Origin: Gammaproteobacteria bacterium CG_4_10_14_0_2_um_filter_38_22
GTDB taxonomy: Bacteria; Pseudomonadota; Gammaproteobacteria; Coxiellales; Coxiellaceae
Assembly (NCBI GenBank): GCA_002793195.1
Contig: PFPT01000008.1
Span: 17,780 to 81,779, forward strand
Direction of reading: 5' to 3'
DNA: 64,000 nt
Part shown: positions 49,703-58,633 of the stretch, one piece after another
Position numbering within the stretch: position 1 is the first letter of the stretch
Layout: the number at the start of each line of letters is the position of its first letter
Translations under genes and position numbers: made by a program
The notes under the pieces: model-generated
What the model was told of the DNA's origin: nothing
Databases searched by the model: none
The model's input: only the letters and a program-made list of their open reading frames with translations

Positions 49703-49949
49703 AATCGTTTACTCCGTGACAAACACGACCATTTGTCATCTGATAAGTTCTATCGTAGGAATCTGATTGCAAATTAGTGATCAGTACCGTGGATGCCATA
49801 CATGCTTGCACATCTGATTTTTGAACGGGCTCATAACCAAATTTGTGCATCATTCCGGCACACCCTGACAACAGACTGAATGAAGCAAATATGAAAGCAA
49901 TCAAAAGTGTTAACTTGACACACCGAACATTAAAATAAAAAAATCGCAT
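49692..49949 (-). CDS. Small lipoprotein (unknown function)
   Basis: 85 aa with lipobox 'LLSGC'. It overlaps the downstream gene by 11 nt. Confidence 0.5.
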   Translation of the reverse strand: MRFFYFNVRCVKLTLLIAFIFASFSLLSGCAGMMHKFGYEPVQKSDVQACMASTVLITNLQSDSYDRTYQMTNGRVCHGVNDYEK

Positions 49950-49960
49950 TGGAATCCCCG

Positions 49961-50731
49961 TTAATTACCCTGTAATTTCACATAAAAAACACGACTATCG
50001 GTTTGCTTACTAAATACAGCGCTTTGATTTGCAAAACTCATTTTTTGTAGAACCCATCCACGGCACGCAGGACAAATTTCATTAGTAGTTAATGTGGTTT
50101 GATTACCATCTATATCAATGATTGCTCTCATTCCATCACTAAATCCTTGCACTGCGACTAAGCGAAAATATTTTTGTACTGTAGTTGGATCAACCCATGT
50201 TTTCTCAGCTGTTTGCGCAATGACCTTTTGAACAGAATCCTGCAAATTATTCATTTTTCCAAGCAATGTGCTATTTGGTTCTGAAACGGTCTGCTGCAGT
50301 TTTTGCACATCGTTTTTAGAAGCAAGCAGCGAAATTCGAGACTGCATGATCTGCAGTTCAACTTGCAGTGCTTGCATCTTTTTACTTGAAGATTGCTTTA
50401 ATCGATCAAGTTGGTTTTGCAATATTTTTTCATCGCTTTTTTTATCATTTACAATATTCAAAGGTTGAATATTTGAAGATTGTTTTTGAATTTTGACTTC
50501 AGGTTTTTCAAACCTAACTGCATAATTATTTTGTAATTCGTGATGCTTATATGAATTATGGAAACCAAAAAACAAAATAAGAGTTAAAAAGGAAAATAAA
50601 AACGCAGACAATAGAGCAACAAAGTATCGTTTTTTAAAATTCGGCTTAATCCAACGATATAGAAATTTTATGTTTTTATATAAAAAATTCTTTATTTTTA
50701 ATAAAGCATCCTCGTTAATTAACTTCATCAT
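49961..50731 (-). CDS. Bitopic membrane protein with a coiled-coil and a PilP-like C-terminal beta domain
   Basis: 256 aa with one TM helix and a Q/L-rich coiled-coil. The C-terminus 'FRLVAVQGFSDGMRAIIDIDGNQTTLTTNEI....GWVLQKM....AVF' resembles PilP-type domains. Low certainty. Confidence 0.4.
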   Translation of the reverse strand: MMKLINEDALLKIKNFLYKNIKFLYRWIKPNFKKRYFVALLSAFLFSFLTLILFFGFHNSYKHHELQNNYAVRFEKPEVKIQKQSSNIQPLNIVNDKKSDEKILQNQLDRLKQSSSKKMQALQVELQIMQSRISLLASKNDVQKLQQTVSEPNSTLLGKMNNLQDSVQKVIAQTAEKTWVDPTTVQKYFRLVAVQGFSDGMRAIIDIDGNQTTLTTNEICPACRGWVLQKMSFANQSAVFSKQTDSRVFYVKLQGN

Positions 50732-50761
50732 ATAAATACCTTTTTAAAAAAATTAGTCATC

Positions 50762-51082
50762 TTAATGAAATACTGGAAATGTAACTTCATGTTTACGAAT
50801 TGGATAAAAAAATTGCGCATCTTCTAATTTAATTAAGAGTTGATCAATTGGAAGCGATGATAAAAATCCAGGCAACCTAGATTGCTTTTCAAATTTCTCA
50901 ATTTGATTCACCAAATACTGTTTGTTATAGCCATATTTTTTTGCCCTAAAAACCAAGTAATAAAGAAAACGTAATATGTATAGCATTACGTCGTATCCAA
51001 CATAGTTTTCTAACCTATTAAATCCAGGCGCTATTTTTGGCACTGACACTGCATAGTTAGTGTTTGCTATCATCGTTAACAT
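50762..51082 (-). CDS. Hypothetical protein
   Basis: 106-aa ORF packed between the PilL-like gene and the coiled-coil protein gene. I recognise no family. Confidence 0.4.
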   Translation of the reverse strand: MLTMIANTNYAVSVPKIAPGFNRLENYVGYDVMLYILRFLYYLVFRAKKYGYNKQYLVNQIEKFEKQSRLPGFLSSLPIDQLLIKLEDAQFFYPIRKHEVTFPVFH

Positions 51083-51085
51083 TTT

Positions 51086-51571
51086 TTAGTCCTCTTCTTG
51101 ATTCGTAAAGTTATTTGTTGTCACATTTTGGTATATTTTCGAATACGCTGGTTTCAACTTAAAACCAATTAAACGATTCACGGGGTCAACAAGCAGATAA
51201 AACATATTGCCGGATAAAGTTTGCAACCCTTGCTTTAGTGTCATTGGACCAAATTCTCTATCAACCTCAGGTAACAGCTGATTTAACATTTGCGTAGTGG
51301 CTTCATCGAGCTGATCGTTAGCACATAAGTGATAACCTCTGAATCGCAAGAGAAATTGAATAGCCTGCTTAATCGTTAAAATATTTTGTGGAAATTTAAT
51401 TTGTATTTGCTGATTTAAAAGATTTATCTGATCATTCTTAGGTTTTTCTGGTACCGATAAATAACGTCCCACGTTAATGTTATTGGCAACATTTACTGCT
51501 GCTTCACAAGATGCAGACAGTAATAATATTGCGCTCAAGGCATAGCACTTGAGCTGCATATGCTTTTTCAT
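51086..51571 (-). CDS. PilL-like lipoprotein (TIGR03748-type, first gene of the T4SS operon)
   Basis: The ATG at 51571 has a GAGGA RBS. Lipobox 'LLSASC'. 'VGRYLSV', 'TIKQAIQFLLRFRGYHL' and 'PMTLKQGLQTLSG' resemble PilL N-terminal domains of GI-type ICEs. Confidence 0.55.
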   Translation of the reverse strand: MKKHMQLKCYALSAILLLSASCEAAVNVANNINVGRYLSVPEKPKNDQINLLNQQIQIKFPQNILTIKQAIQFLLRFRGYHLCANDQLDEATTQMLNQLLPEVDREFGPMTLKQGLQTLSGNMFYLLVDPVNRLIGFKLKPAYSKIYQNVTTNNFTNQEED

Positions 51572-51632
51572 AAGCAATCCTCAATTTGTTTTTTTTAATA
51601 ATTAGAAAATAAAAGCGATAGGGATTTTTTGG

Positions 51633-51667
51633 CAAAAAAAAGCCCCAGGGATAAATCCGATGGGGCT
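51633..51667 (-). terminator. Intrinsic terminator inside the leader, ~60 nt upstream of the PilL-like start
   Basis: On the minus strand: AGCCCCA-13 nt-TGGGGCT immediately followed by TTTTTTTT. Confidence 0.55.
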
Positions 51668-51807
51668 TGCGTAAGGTTTTTTGAAATTACCAGAGCATCT
51701 TACAAAAAAATAAATAAAATATCAAGTATTTTTGTAAAAAAATATTTATTTATTATTTTTTGTTTTATATTTTTTTATCTGTTTTTAAGGTGTTTTAAGT
51801 AATTTTA

Positions 51808-51834
51808 ATTATACTGATCAAAATACTTTTTCAA
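51808..51834 (-). promoter_or_regulatory. Candidate promoter for the T4SS leader
   Basis: On the minus strand: TTGAAA (51834-51829), a 15-nt spacer, then consensus TATAAT (51813-51808). It is embedded in a ~240-nt extremely AT-rich spacer. The spacer length is suboptimal. Confidence 0.3.
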
Positions 51835-51905
51835 GTTTGCACTACTTTTTAAGCAGTTTTAAATTCTTTTATTTTATTTGATTTTTTTGTTTTAGAGTTA
51901 CAAGA

Positions 51906-51935
51906 AATAAAAAAGCACTTAATTTTAAAGCGCTT
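51906..51935 (-). terminator. Intrinsic terminator after the Q-like gene
   Basis: On the minus strand: AAGCGCTT-TAAAATT-AAGTGCTT (one G-U pair) followed by TTTTTAT. Confidence 0.45.
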
Positions 51936-51973
51936 TTGCGAAACATTTATTTTAAGTGGAAGGATCGATAGCG

Positions 51974-52363
51974 CTACAAAATTTCTGATAACCACGTTTG
52001 TGCGCATTTTAAATAATGGTAATAAGTCCGTTTTGGCAACGCTGTTAATTGAATACGTTCAATGATATCTTTTTCTTGCATTGTATAGTGCACACGAATA
52101 ATTTTAGCCCATTCGGGTTTTCCAGCACCTTCTGGCTTATCCATTGCAAGCTGCTCAACAAGATCATTCATCTCTTCTGCTTTTTCATTAGTCGGTATGA
52201 GTATTTTTGCTGTTCCTTGAATAATCATCCCACCTTCTTCTTGTAATTTTGCTAGCAATGTTCGGTTTGAATATCCAAGCCCCATAGTAGTGATTCGATA
52301 ACACCAATTACCCCACTCTGTAAGGCGTTTTTTGGTATTAAGCAGGTCAGTATCATAAACCAT
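51974..52363 (-). CDS. Phage antitermination protein Q-like regulator (QuuD/PF06530-like)
   Basis: 129 aa with a GAGGAA RBS. It has 'RLTEWGNWC' near the N-terminus, a central 'EKAEEMNDLVEQL', and a C-terminal 'LPKRTYYHYLKCAQTWLSEIL'. This is the same architecture as small lambdoid Q proteins such as QuuD, as I recall them. Confidence 0.5.
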   Translation of the reverse strand: MVYDTDLLNTKKRLTEWGNWCYRITTMGLGYSNRTLLAKLQEEGGMIIQGTAKILIPTNEKAEEMNDLVEQLAMDKPEGAGKPEWAKIIRVHYTMQEKDIIERIQLTALPKRTYYHYLKCAQTWLSEIL

Positions 52364-52399
52364 TACAATTTCCTCGTTGATATAAAATTAGATTGATTT

Positions 52400-52415
52400 T
52401 GACATAATTATGTCA
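52400..52415. promoter_or_regulatory. Perfect 16-bp palindromic operator in the divergent Q-like/XRE promoter region
   Basis: TGACATAATTATGTCA. It overlaps the TTGACA -35 (52399-52404) of the plus-strand XRE promoter (-10 TATTCT at 52421-52426) and an ATAATT -10 candidate of the minus-strand Q-like promoter. Confidence 0.5.
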
Positions 52416-52466
52416 TATCATATTCTTGTGATCAATATACGGATAGCAAAAGAACAAGGATTCATA

Positions 52467-52967
52467 ATGAAAAGAAATTATGCGCTTGGCGCTAGAATCA
52501 AAGCTTCAATGAAAGCCGCGGGCTTTGCAACCGCGAAAGAGTTTTGCGAAAAATTTAACGTTCCCTATTTAACATTTGCGCAACATACGCAAGGTCGCCG
52601 CCATCCTACTTCTGATTTTTTAAAGCTGTATAGCAAAGCTTTTGGTGTTACAAGTGCGTGGATTGAAACTGGCGAAGGCAGCCCTTTATCTAATAGAAAA
52701 CAAACAAAAAACAAACAAATTAAGACAGCACTTAAACATGAAATGAATAAAATTCAAACCGATGTCATGTTAAACCCAGAGCTATTAACGAAAATTTTAG
52801 AAGAAGTCATTAAGTTAAAAATTAAATACAAATTAGGCGAAAAAAAATGCGCCGATATTACTGTAAATTTATATACACAGATTATAAAAATTTCCAGTGA
52901 AAAAATGCTTCAAAAAAATATGGTTTCCACCTTCATCAAAACATATGAGGCTACATTAAAGGATTAA
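52467..52967 (+). CDS. XRE/cI-family HTH transcriptional regulator
   Basis: The start at 52467 has an AAGGA RBS. The N-terminal HTH is 'LGARIKASMKAAGFATAKEFCEKFNVPYLTFAQHTQGRRHP'. The C-terminal ~90 aa are of unknown function. Confidence 0.75.
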   Translation: MKRNYALGARIKASMKAAGFATAKEFCEKFNVPYLTFAQHTQGRRHPTSDFLKLYSKAFGVTSAWIETGEGSPLSNRKQTKNKQIKTALKHEMNKIQTDVMLNPELLTKILEEVIKLKIKYKLGEKKCADITVNLYTQIIKISSEKMLQKNMVSTFIKTYEATLKD

Positions 52968-53010
52968 TGCAGCCACTATCATTTACGCTTTACGACTTTT
53001 TGGTATCTAA

Positions 53011-53808
53011 CTATATTAAACCCATATAAGCACCACCATCCACTTGCATCATGAGTCCACTTACATAGCTCGCTGCGGGTGAAACTAAAAATACTACAAC
53101 ATTTGCAAATTCTTGTGGTGTTCCCATTCGCTTCAATGGGATATTTTTCACCACCTCTTTTTCACACACTTCATAAGTACTATTTAATTTTTCAGCACGA
53201 TTATTTAATAAATAAATCGTTCGATCCGTTGCTGTCCATCCAGGCAAAATAGAATTAACGCGTATTCCATACACACCCAGTTCTTGCGACAACGTTTTTG
53301 TTAAACCAATTACCGCTGGACGAATAACATTTGACATAAACAAATTTGGGATGGGTTCTTTTGCTGCAGTGCTCGTGATTGTCAAAATACTGGGAGCTTC
53401 GCTTTTTTTAAGATGAGGCAATGCTGCCTGTACAAGATACACAACACTCATCAGCGTTAATTGAAAACCTTTGTCATACATTTCTAATGCAATCGTTTCA
53501 AACGTTCCTGTTGGCGGACCACCTGCATTCGTAACCACAATGTCAATCTGTGAAAATTTTTCTACTGCAGCAGAAACAAACTGCGTTATTTGCGCATGAT
53601 TGGTCACATCACAGGAAAAAACAAGGAAATTTTTTTCATCTGCCAATTTTGATAACTCAACATGCACTGCTGCATTTCGTTTTTCGTCACGCCCACAAAT
53701 AGCAACCTTAGCACCTTCAGCCAGCAATTGTTTTGCAGTTGCCAATCCCAAACCATCAGTTGCGGCTGCCAAAACCGCGACTTTATTTTCTAAATTTAAA
53801 TTCATCAC
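53011..53808 (-). CDS. Short-chain dehydrogenase/reductase (SDR)
   Basis: 'AVLAAATDGLGLA' Rossmann motif, 'NAGG', and the catalytic region 'S...........NV.RPAV'. 265 aa. Confidence 0.85.
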   Translation of the reverse strand: MMNLNLENKVAVLAAATDGLGLATAKQLLAEGAKVAICGRDEKRNAAVHVELSKLADEKNFLVFSCDVTNHAQITQFVSAAVEKFSQIDIVVTNAGGPPTGTFETIALEMYDKGFQLTLMSVVYLVQAALPHLKKSEAPSILTITSTAAKEPIPNLFMSNVIRPAVIGLTKTLSQELGVYGIRVNSILPGWTATDRTIYLLNNRAEKLNSTYEVCEKEVVKNIPLKRMGTPQEFANVVVFLVSPAASYVSGLMMQVDGGAYMGLI

Positions 53809-53818
53809 ACTTCCTTTT

Positions 53819-54721
53819 TTAATTATTAACTAAAATATTATTTGATTTGACAACAACCGTGTTTTTTCGCATATAAATAACACCAAGCCCACCAATGACA
53901 ATACCAATCATCCCGACAATCATCGTTTTTGTAATCACTTCGGAAAATAAGGCATGCGCTAAAATCAATGAAAATACAATATTTGAATAATAAAGCGTAG
54001 AAACAATTTGCGGTGTCGTATATGTTGCAGCCAATGTTAAAAAATACTGCACAAAGAAAAATAATATACCAATTAATAAAATTGAAAGCACATGTAGATT
54101 AGATACTTCATGCCAAAATGGAATAGACACAAAGCCTGCTAAAATTGTCGATATTAAAAAATAATAATATAAACTTTTAACACTATCATCGATAGCAGAT
54201 ATTTTTCGCATCATCACAATAGACAGTCCTGCTGAAACAGCCGACCCCAATGCATAAAATGCCCCCGTTGAAAAAATATGCTTATCTAAATGTAATGTTA
54301 ACATCACACCTGCAAAGCCTATAAAAACAAATGGCCACAATGCATGATTAATTTTGGTACGCAATATAATGAGTGCGACAAACGGAATAAATAACGGAAA
54401 AGTATTATAAAGCAGTACAGAATCAAAGTAAGAGATTTTCTTTAGCGCTGTAAATAGGAAAAAGCTAATGCCCAAGCTAAATATTGTTCTTAAAAAATGC
54501 TGCATTTTTATGTTAGAAAATGTAATGGGATTAAAAGATTTTGCACCATGACGCAAACCAATAACCGGCACTACCATTAGCAAGCAAATAAAACTTTGAA
54601 TAAAAACCAATACGGGGACCGGTATATGTGCACCTGTCATTTTAATAACTGAAATTTGCAGCGCATAACATAAAGCACTCAAAATAGAAAAAATCGCACC
54701 AACATACACAAGATTTTTCAC
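53819..54721 (-). CDS. EamA/DMT-family transporter
   Basis: 300 aa with ~10 TM helices in two repeated halves, typical of EamA-domain exporters. Confidence 0.75.
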   Translation of the reverse strand: MKNLVYVGAIFSILSALCYALQISVIKMTGAHIPVPVLVFIQSFICLLMVVPVIGLRHGAKSFNPITFSNIKMQHFLRTIFSLGISFFLFTALKKISYFDSVLLYNTFPLFIPFVALIILRTKINHALWPFVFIGFAGVMLTLHLDKHIFSTGAFYALGSAVSAGLSIVMMRKISAIDDSVKSLYYYFLISTILAGFVSIPFWHEVSNLHVLSILLIGILFFFVQYFLTLAATYTTPQIVSTLYYSNIVFSLILAHALFSEVITKTMIVGMIGIVIGGLGVIYMRKNTVVVKSNNILVNN

Positions 54722-54746
54722 AATAAAACTCCTTTGTTTTTTCTAA

Positions 54747-55931
54747 TTATTTAATAATATTGGGTCTGCTAATAGAGAATTCATCAATTTTTATTTCTGT
54801 CTCACCATAAACCGCAAGCTCAGCACAAATTTTTCCAAATAATGGAACAAATTTAAACGCCCACCCTCCTGTACATATCACCACGTTTTTATGATAAGGA
54901 ACTAGATCCTTTGGCATAAAATCTAATAAACTATGATTATCAGGAAAATGTGTCATTAATGCGCTAGCCATATCAATAGGCGCTGAATCAACGCCGCGAA
55001 TATGCTGTTTCACATAATCTTGTGTCAATTGTATATCAATACGTCGTGGAGCAAACTCTCGCTCTGTGGGATCTGCAAAAACATGGGATGCCCAATCCAC
55101 TGCAAATCTCACAAAATTGTCTCTTCCAAATTTTACGTTAGGAAATCCATAAAATAAATTAGAATGGCCATTACGCGGCTCATCAAATTGAAACCACATA
55201 GGAAAATATAAGCTTGGATCAGTAACACGATAATAAGCGAAACACATCTCCCACAGCTTCACATTAAATTCAAATCCAAAACTGGGTTTAACAATCTCAT
55301 TAACATAAGCACCCGGGCACAAAATTAATTTTTTTGCGTGAAAAACACCCTCATTAGTAATTACTTCAACACCATTGGCATCCGTTTTTATTTCAGTCAC
55401 TAACTGCTGCGTTTTAATATTGACACCATACATTCGACATAATTTTAATAACGAATGCGTTGTTTCTTTTACATCAATTGTTGCACCATCCTCTTGAAAG
55501 ACACCTGAAAAATCCTTATGTAGATTTTTAAAAGGATATCTAGACTCAATTTGATTCTTTGTTAATCTTGTGTATTTCTTTCCAAGCATATCCATCACTT
55601 GAATCGCACTTTCTAATGTACCTTCTGGCGTATAATCCGTTTCTAATCCAAAATTCAACAATCCATTTTTATGCAATAGTTTGACATCGGCTTTTTGCTC
55701 AAGATCACGAAACAACTCTCCAGCAGTTACTGCTAATTTGGCATGATTTAATTCGGTATACATGATTCTCCACATACGAACATGCCCCGCCGAACTGCCA
55801 TGTTGATTGCCAATAGAAAATCGTTCTAACAACGTGACTGTCTTTCCTTCTTTTGCACAAAACAAAGCACTTGCCATTCCGATTGGCCCACCACCCACAA
55901 CAATAATATCGCTATCATAATGCGTAAACAT
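54747..55931 (-). CDS. FAD-dependent amine oxidase of the monomeric sarcosine / N-methyltryptophan / pipecolate oxidase family
   Basis: The N-terminal 'DIIVVGGGPIGMASA' dinucleotide fold, 'GSSAGHVRMWR' and C-terminal 'VICTGGWAFKFVP' parallel the MSOX/SolA layout. Confidence 0.8.
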   Translation of the reverse strand: MFTHYDSDIIVVGGGPIGMASALFCAKEGKTVTLLERFSIGNQHGSSAGHVRMWRIMYTELNHAKLAVTAGELFRDLEQKADVKLLHKNGLLNFGLETDYTPEGTLESAIQVMDMLGKKYTRLTKNQIESRYPFKNLHKDFSGVFQEDGATIDVKETTHSLLKLCRMYGVNIKTQQLVTEIKTDANGVEVITNEGVFHAKKLILCPGAYVNEIVKPSFGFEFNVKLWEMCFAYYRVTDPSLYFPMWFQFDEPRNGHSNLFYGFPNVKFGRDNFVRFAVDWASHVFADPTEREFAPRRIDIQLTQDYVKQHIRGVDSAPIDMASALMTHFPDNHSLLDFMPKDLVPYHKNVVICTGGWAFKFVPLFGKICAELAVYGETEIKIDEFSISRPNIIK

Positions 55932-55949
55932 AAAACTATTTCCTATTTA

Positions 55950-57002
55950 TCAAGCCAATTTTGCATCTAAAATATTTTCATTTTCCGAAAGCACAAAAAA
56001 CATATTTAGCGCTTCGGCAGTTGAAATATAATGCGCTTTTGCAAAAGATAATATTTTTTGGGTCTTATGCCGCTTTGCATCATAAACAAATTGATAGACC
56101 TTTTCTGGATTCGATTGTTGGTATTTTTTTGGATTAATAAATTCAAGAGAATCACAAATAACAGCACCAGCATTACTCACCACATCAGGTAGCCAGTTAA
56201 TATTTTTTAATTTAAGTTTTTCTATGACAGCATCATTTGAAAAAGGTGCATTTGCACTACTGATAATCCAACGCGTATTCAATGCATCCACATTATATTC
56301 ATCAATGACACCGCTTTTTGAACATAGCACCATATAATCACAAGGTGTTTGATGCCAATCTGACTGGTGAGAAATATTAACTGAACCCGCTATATTTGCT
56401 GCACCAATGTTGACATCATAAGTGTAAACGAGATGTCCTGCTTCAATAAGTTTTTCTGCAATAACAGTTCCAATTTTTCCAAGACCGTGAATTAAAAATC
56501 GTTTAGGATGCTCTAAATGATCCTCACTGCTCATTACTGCTATCAATGATCCATATACGCCATACGCTGTAGCAGTTGATGTATTAACAGAACTACCAAT
56601 ACCATTTAGCACATAAGGTGTGAGCGAAAATAAATAATCCATATCTTCATTATTTATATTCAAATCACAACCTGTATATATTTTTCCATTAAAATTATTT
56701 AAAATTTCAGCAGCAGCATTGAGCACTTTTAATTTGTTTTCTGCTGTTACATCACCCGAAGCCACCAACTTAACACCTGAAAAACCAGTATTATAGAGCG
56801 CATGCTTTTGTGTCATTTTTCTGGCGAGCGTTAATGCCTCATCTTGCACTTCAGACAAACTTTCGTATTTACAAAACCTCAGCCCACCATTTGCTGGCAA
56901 TGATTTTTTTGTATTATTATAAGCAACAGTGATACTCAACTTATCCTCAATAAAATAGGTTTCTACTTTATAATTATCGATACTAATAATCTGTGTTTTC
57001 AT
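55950..57002 (-). CDS. Glu/Leu/Phe/Val-type amino-acid dehydrogenase family protein
   Basis: 'ANGGLRF', 'TGFSGVKLV' (catalytic Lys region) and the NAD-binding 'IHGLGKIGTVIAEKL'. The probable start is MKTQII at 57002. Confidence 0.65.
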   Translation of the reverse strand: MKTQIISIDNYKVETYFIEDKLSITVAYNNTKKSLPANGGLRFCKYESLSEVQDEALTLARKMTQKHALYNTGFSGVKLVASGDVTAENKLKVLNAAAEILNNFNGKIYTGCDLNINNEDMDYLFSLTPYVLNGIGSSVNTSTATAYGVYGSLIAVMSSEDHLEHPKRFLIHGLGKIGTVIAEKLIEAGHLVYTYDVNIGAANIAGSVNISHQSDWHQTPCDYMVLCSKSGVIDEYNVDALNTRWIISSANAPFSNDAVIEKLKLKNINWLPDVVSNAGAVICDSLEFINPKKYQQSNPEKVYQFVYDAKRHKTQKILSFAKAHYISTAEALNMFFVLSENENILDAKLA

Positions 57003-57056
57003 TTTTCCATCCTTTAAATTTATTTTAATCATTACAATTGAATACAATTTTTATAC

Positions 57057-58622
57057 CTACATACTTGCAGAAACAGTTTGAATATTCAGATTCGAATCAG
57101 CGCCATTTAATAATGGCGTTGACACATTGTGAAATGCAAAACGATTAGCAGCATTAGAATGACGAACTGGAGTTGCCTGTTCTTGCACACTTTTTTTATC
57201 AAAAACTGAAAATCGATAAGCTGTAAAACATGAAGCCAAACCTATCAACCCGTTTCTTAACCATGCAAATCCTTCAATGGAATCTTTTTCAAACAGTAAG
57301 GCTGCACCAATACCAGCAAAAAGCACTGTCATCGTTAAAAAACTCACGACAGTCGCATAATTAACATCCTTAAATCCCTTCAAACTTCCGGCAGAAACGT
57401 TGCGCAACATATCAAACACTAATCCAAGCGCGCTATACTGAATAAGTTTTGTTGATTGATTAAAATCGGCATCACTCATGCCATCATATAAAAATATTTT
57501 GGCAAGATAACTCGGTGCAACAATGCAAATAATTGCAAGCGTTAGACTGAGAGCGCTACCCACTATTAATCCTTGTCGTGCAATTTTAGTAATATTATTT
57601 TTTGCATTTTCTGCACTTTCCTCATCGGCTCTATCAATTGCTGCTCTCATCGCACCTCTTTCGGCAGCAATTAAATTAGCTTGCGCCTGACCAAGACCAA
57701 TGCAAACTAATCCCCATGCTGATGCAATTTGAATTGAAGGAGACATTATTTGGAGCGCAGGAATATTTTTATGTTTTCCGTAAGCTGATAATAAAGATGC
57801 AGTAGCAGTTAGATTTGCAAATTCAGCACCTGCTTGAAGACTGGTTTTCCAACCAATAGACATTAATTCACAACAATATTTTTTAACATCCATCATGTCT
57901 AAAGAAAATAAATCATACGAATGATATTTTTTACTGGCATAAAAATAAATTCGCATTGCCAACAGACCAAGCCAAGCTGATAAGGCGGTGCTCATACCAA
58001 AGCCCTTAATGCCTGACAACCCATCACCTAATTTTCCAAGTGTTGCTGGAATACCGATACCAGAAGCAATTAAAGAATAAATTGCTGTAAATCCCAATGT
58101 CACATGAGGATCTTTTGTAGCTACCGCTAGTTGCTGATCTGCAACAGAAAGTAATACAGCAGGTACCGCTATCGCGTAGAAATCTAAATATTCTTGTGTG
58201 TATTTTGCAACATTACTGTCTAACATATTGGCTGCAGACATAATTCTGGGCGCACCTAACATCAACCCAATGGATGCAGCAGCTGCAAGCAGCGCAGCTA
58301 TCCAAGTGCTTCGACTAATTTTACCAATTTTTGCATATTGTTTTTCACCGTATTTTTCGCTGAATATCATCCCAGAACCAAATAGCAAACCTTGTGCTGC
58401 GCCTACAAATAAATATTGTAATGACGTAAATGAAGCAGCTGCCGCCACCTCATCTTTGCCAAGTTGGCTAGACGCATAACCCATTGCAATGGTATTTAAA
58501 GCAAATAACAAACGTGCTGTTGCAAATGGGACAGATTTGCTCAGCACCATCTTAAGCGCTTTAATTTCTGTTAATGCATCATGCATTTCTTCTATTTTTA
58601 TTCGTGTCATATTAATTCTCAC
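57057..58622 (-). CDS. MATE-like multidrug/metabolite efflux transporter
   Basis: 521 aa with ~12 TM helices. The N-terminal region 'SVPFATARLLFALNTIAMGYASSQLGKDEVAAAA' resembles MATE family openings. Moderate certainty. Confidence 0.55.
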   Translation of the reverse strand: MRINMTRIKIEEMHDALTEIKALKMVLSKSVPFATARLLFALNTIAMGYASSQLGKDEVAAAASFTSLQYLFVGAAQGLLFGSGMIFSEKYGEKQYAKIGKISRSTWIAALLAAAASIGLMLGAPRIMSAANMLDSNVAKYTQEYLDFYAIAVPAVLLSVADQQLAVATKDPHVTLGFTAIYSLIASGIGIPATLGKLGDGLSGIKGFGMSTALSAWLGLLAMRIYFYASKKYHSYDLFSLDMMDVKKYCCELMSIGWKTSLQAGAEFANLTATASLLSAYGKHKNIPALQIMSPSIQIASAWGLVCIGLGQAQANLIAAERGAMRAAIDRADEESAENAKNNITKIARQGLIVGSALSLTLAIICIVAPSYLAKIFLYDGMSDADFNQSTKLIQYSALGLVFDMLRNVSAGSLKGFKDVNYATVVSFLTMTVLFAGIGAALLFEKDSIEGFAWLRNGLIGLASCFTAYRFSVFDKKSVQEQATPVRHSNAANRFAFHNVSTPLLNGADSNLNIQTVSASM

Positions 58623-58633
58623 TATTTTATTTA

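Larger units (their letters stand above)
19690..52967 (-). mobile_element. Integrative conjugative element of the genomic-island T4SS type (ICEHin1056/PFGI-1/ICEclc family); minimum extent, right boundary not identified
   Basis: It begins with the integrase immediately 3' of the tRNA. A collinear minus-strand set of family-typical genes follows, from the PilL-like gene through the TraI_2-like gene. No second copy of the tRNA 3' end was spotted by eye. The element may continue past 53 kb or past the window. Confidence 0.8.

Noticed and set aside
51670-51905. The extremely AT-rich 240-nt spacer upstream of the T4SS operon, considered as a possible oriT.
   Set aside because: I recognised no inverted repeat or nick-site-like motif, and it is far from the relaxase-like gene. 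I interpreted it instead as a promoter/leader region (see the Q-like finding). An oriT there cannot be excluded.
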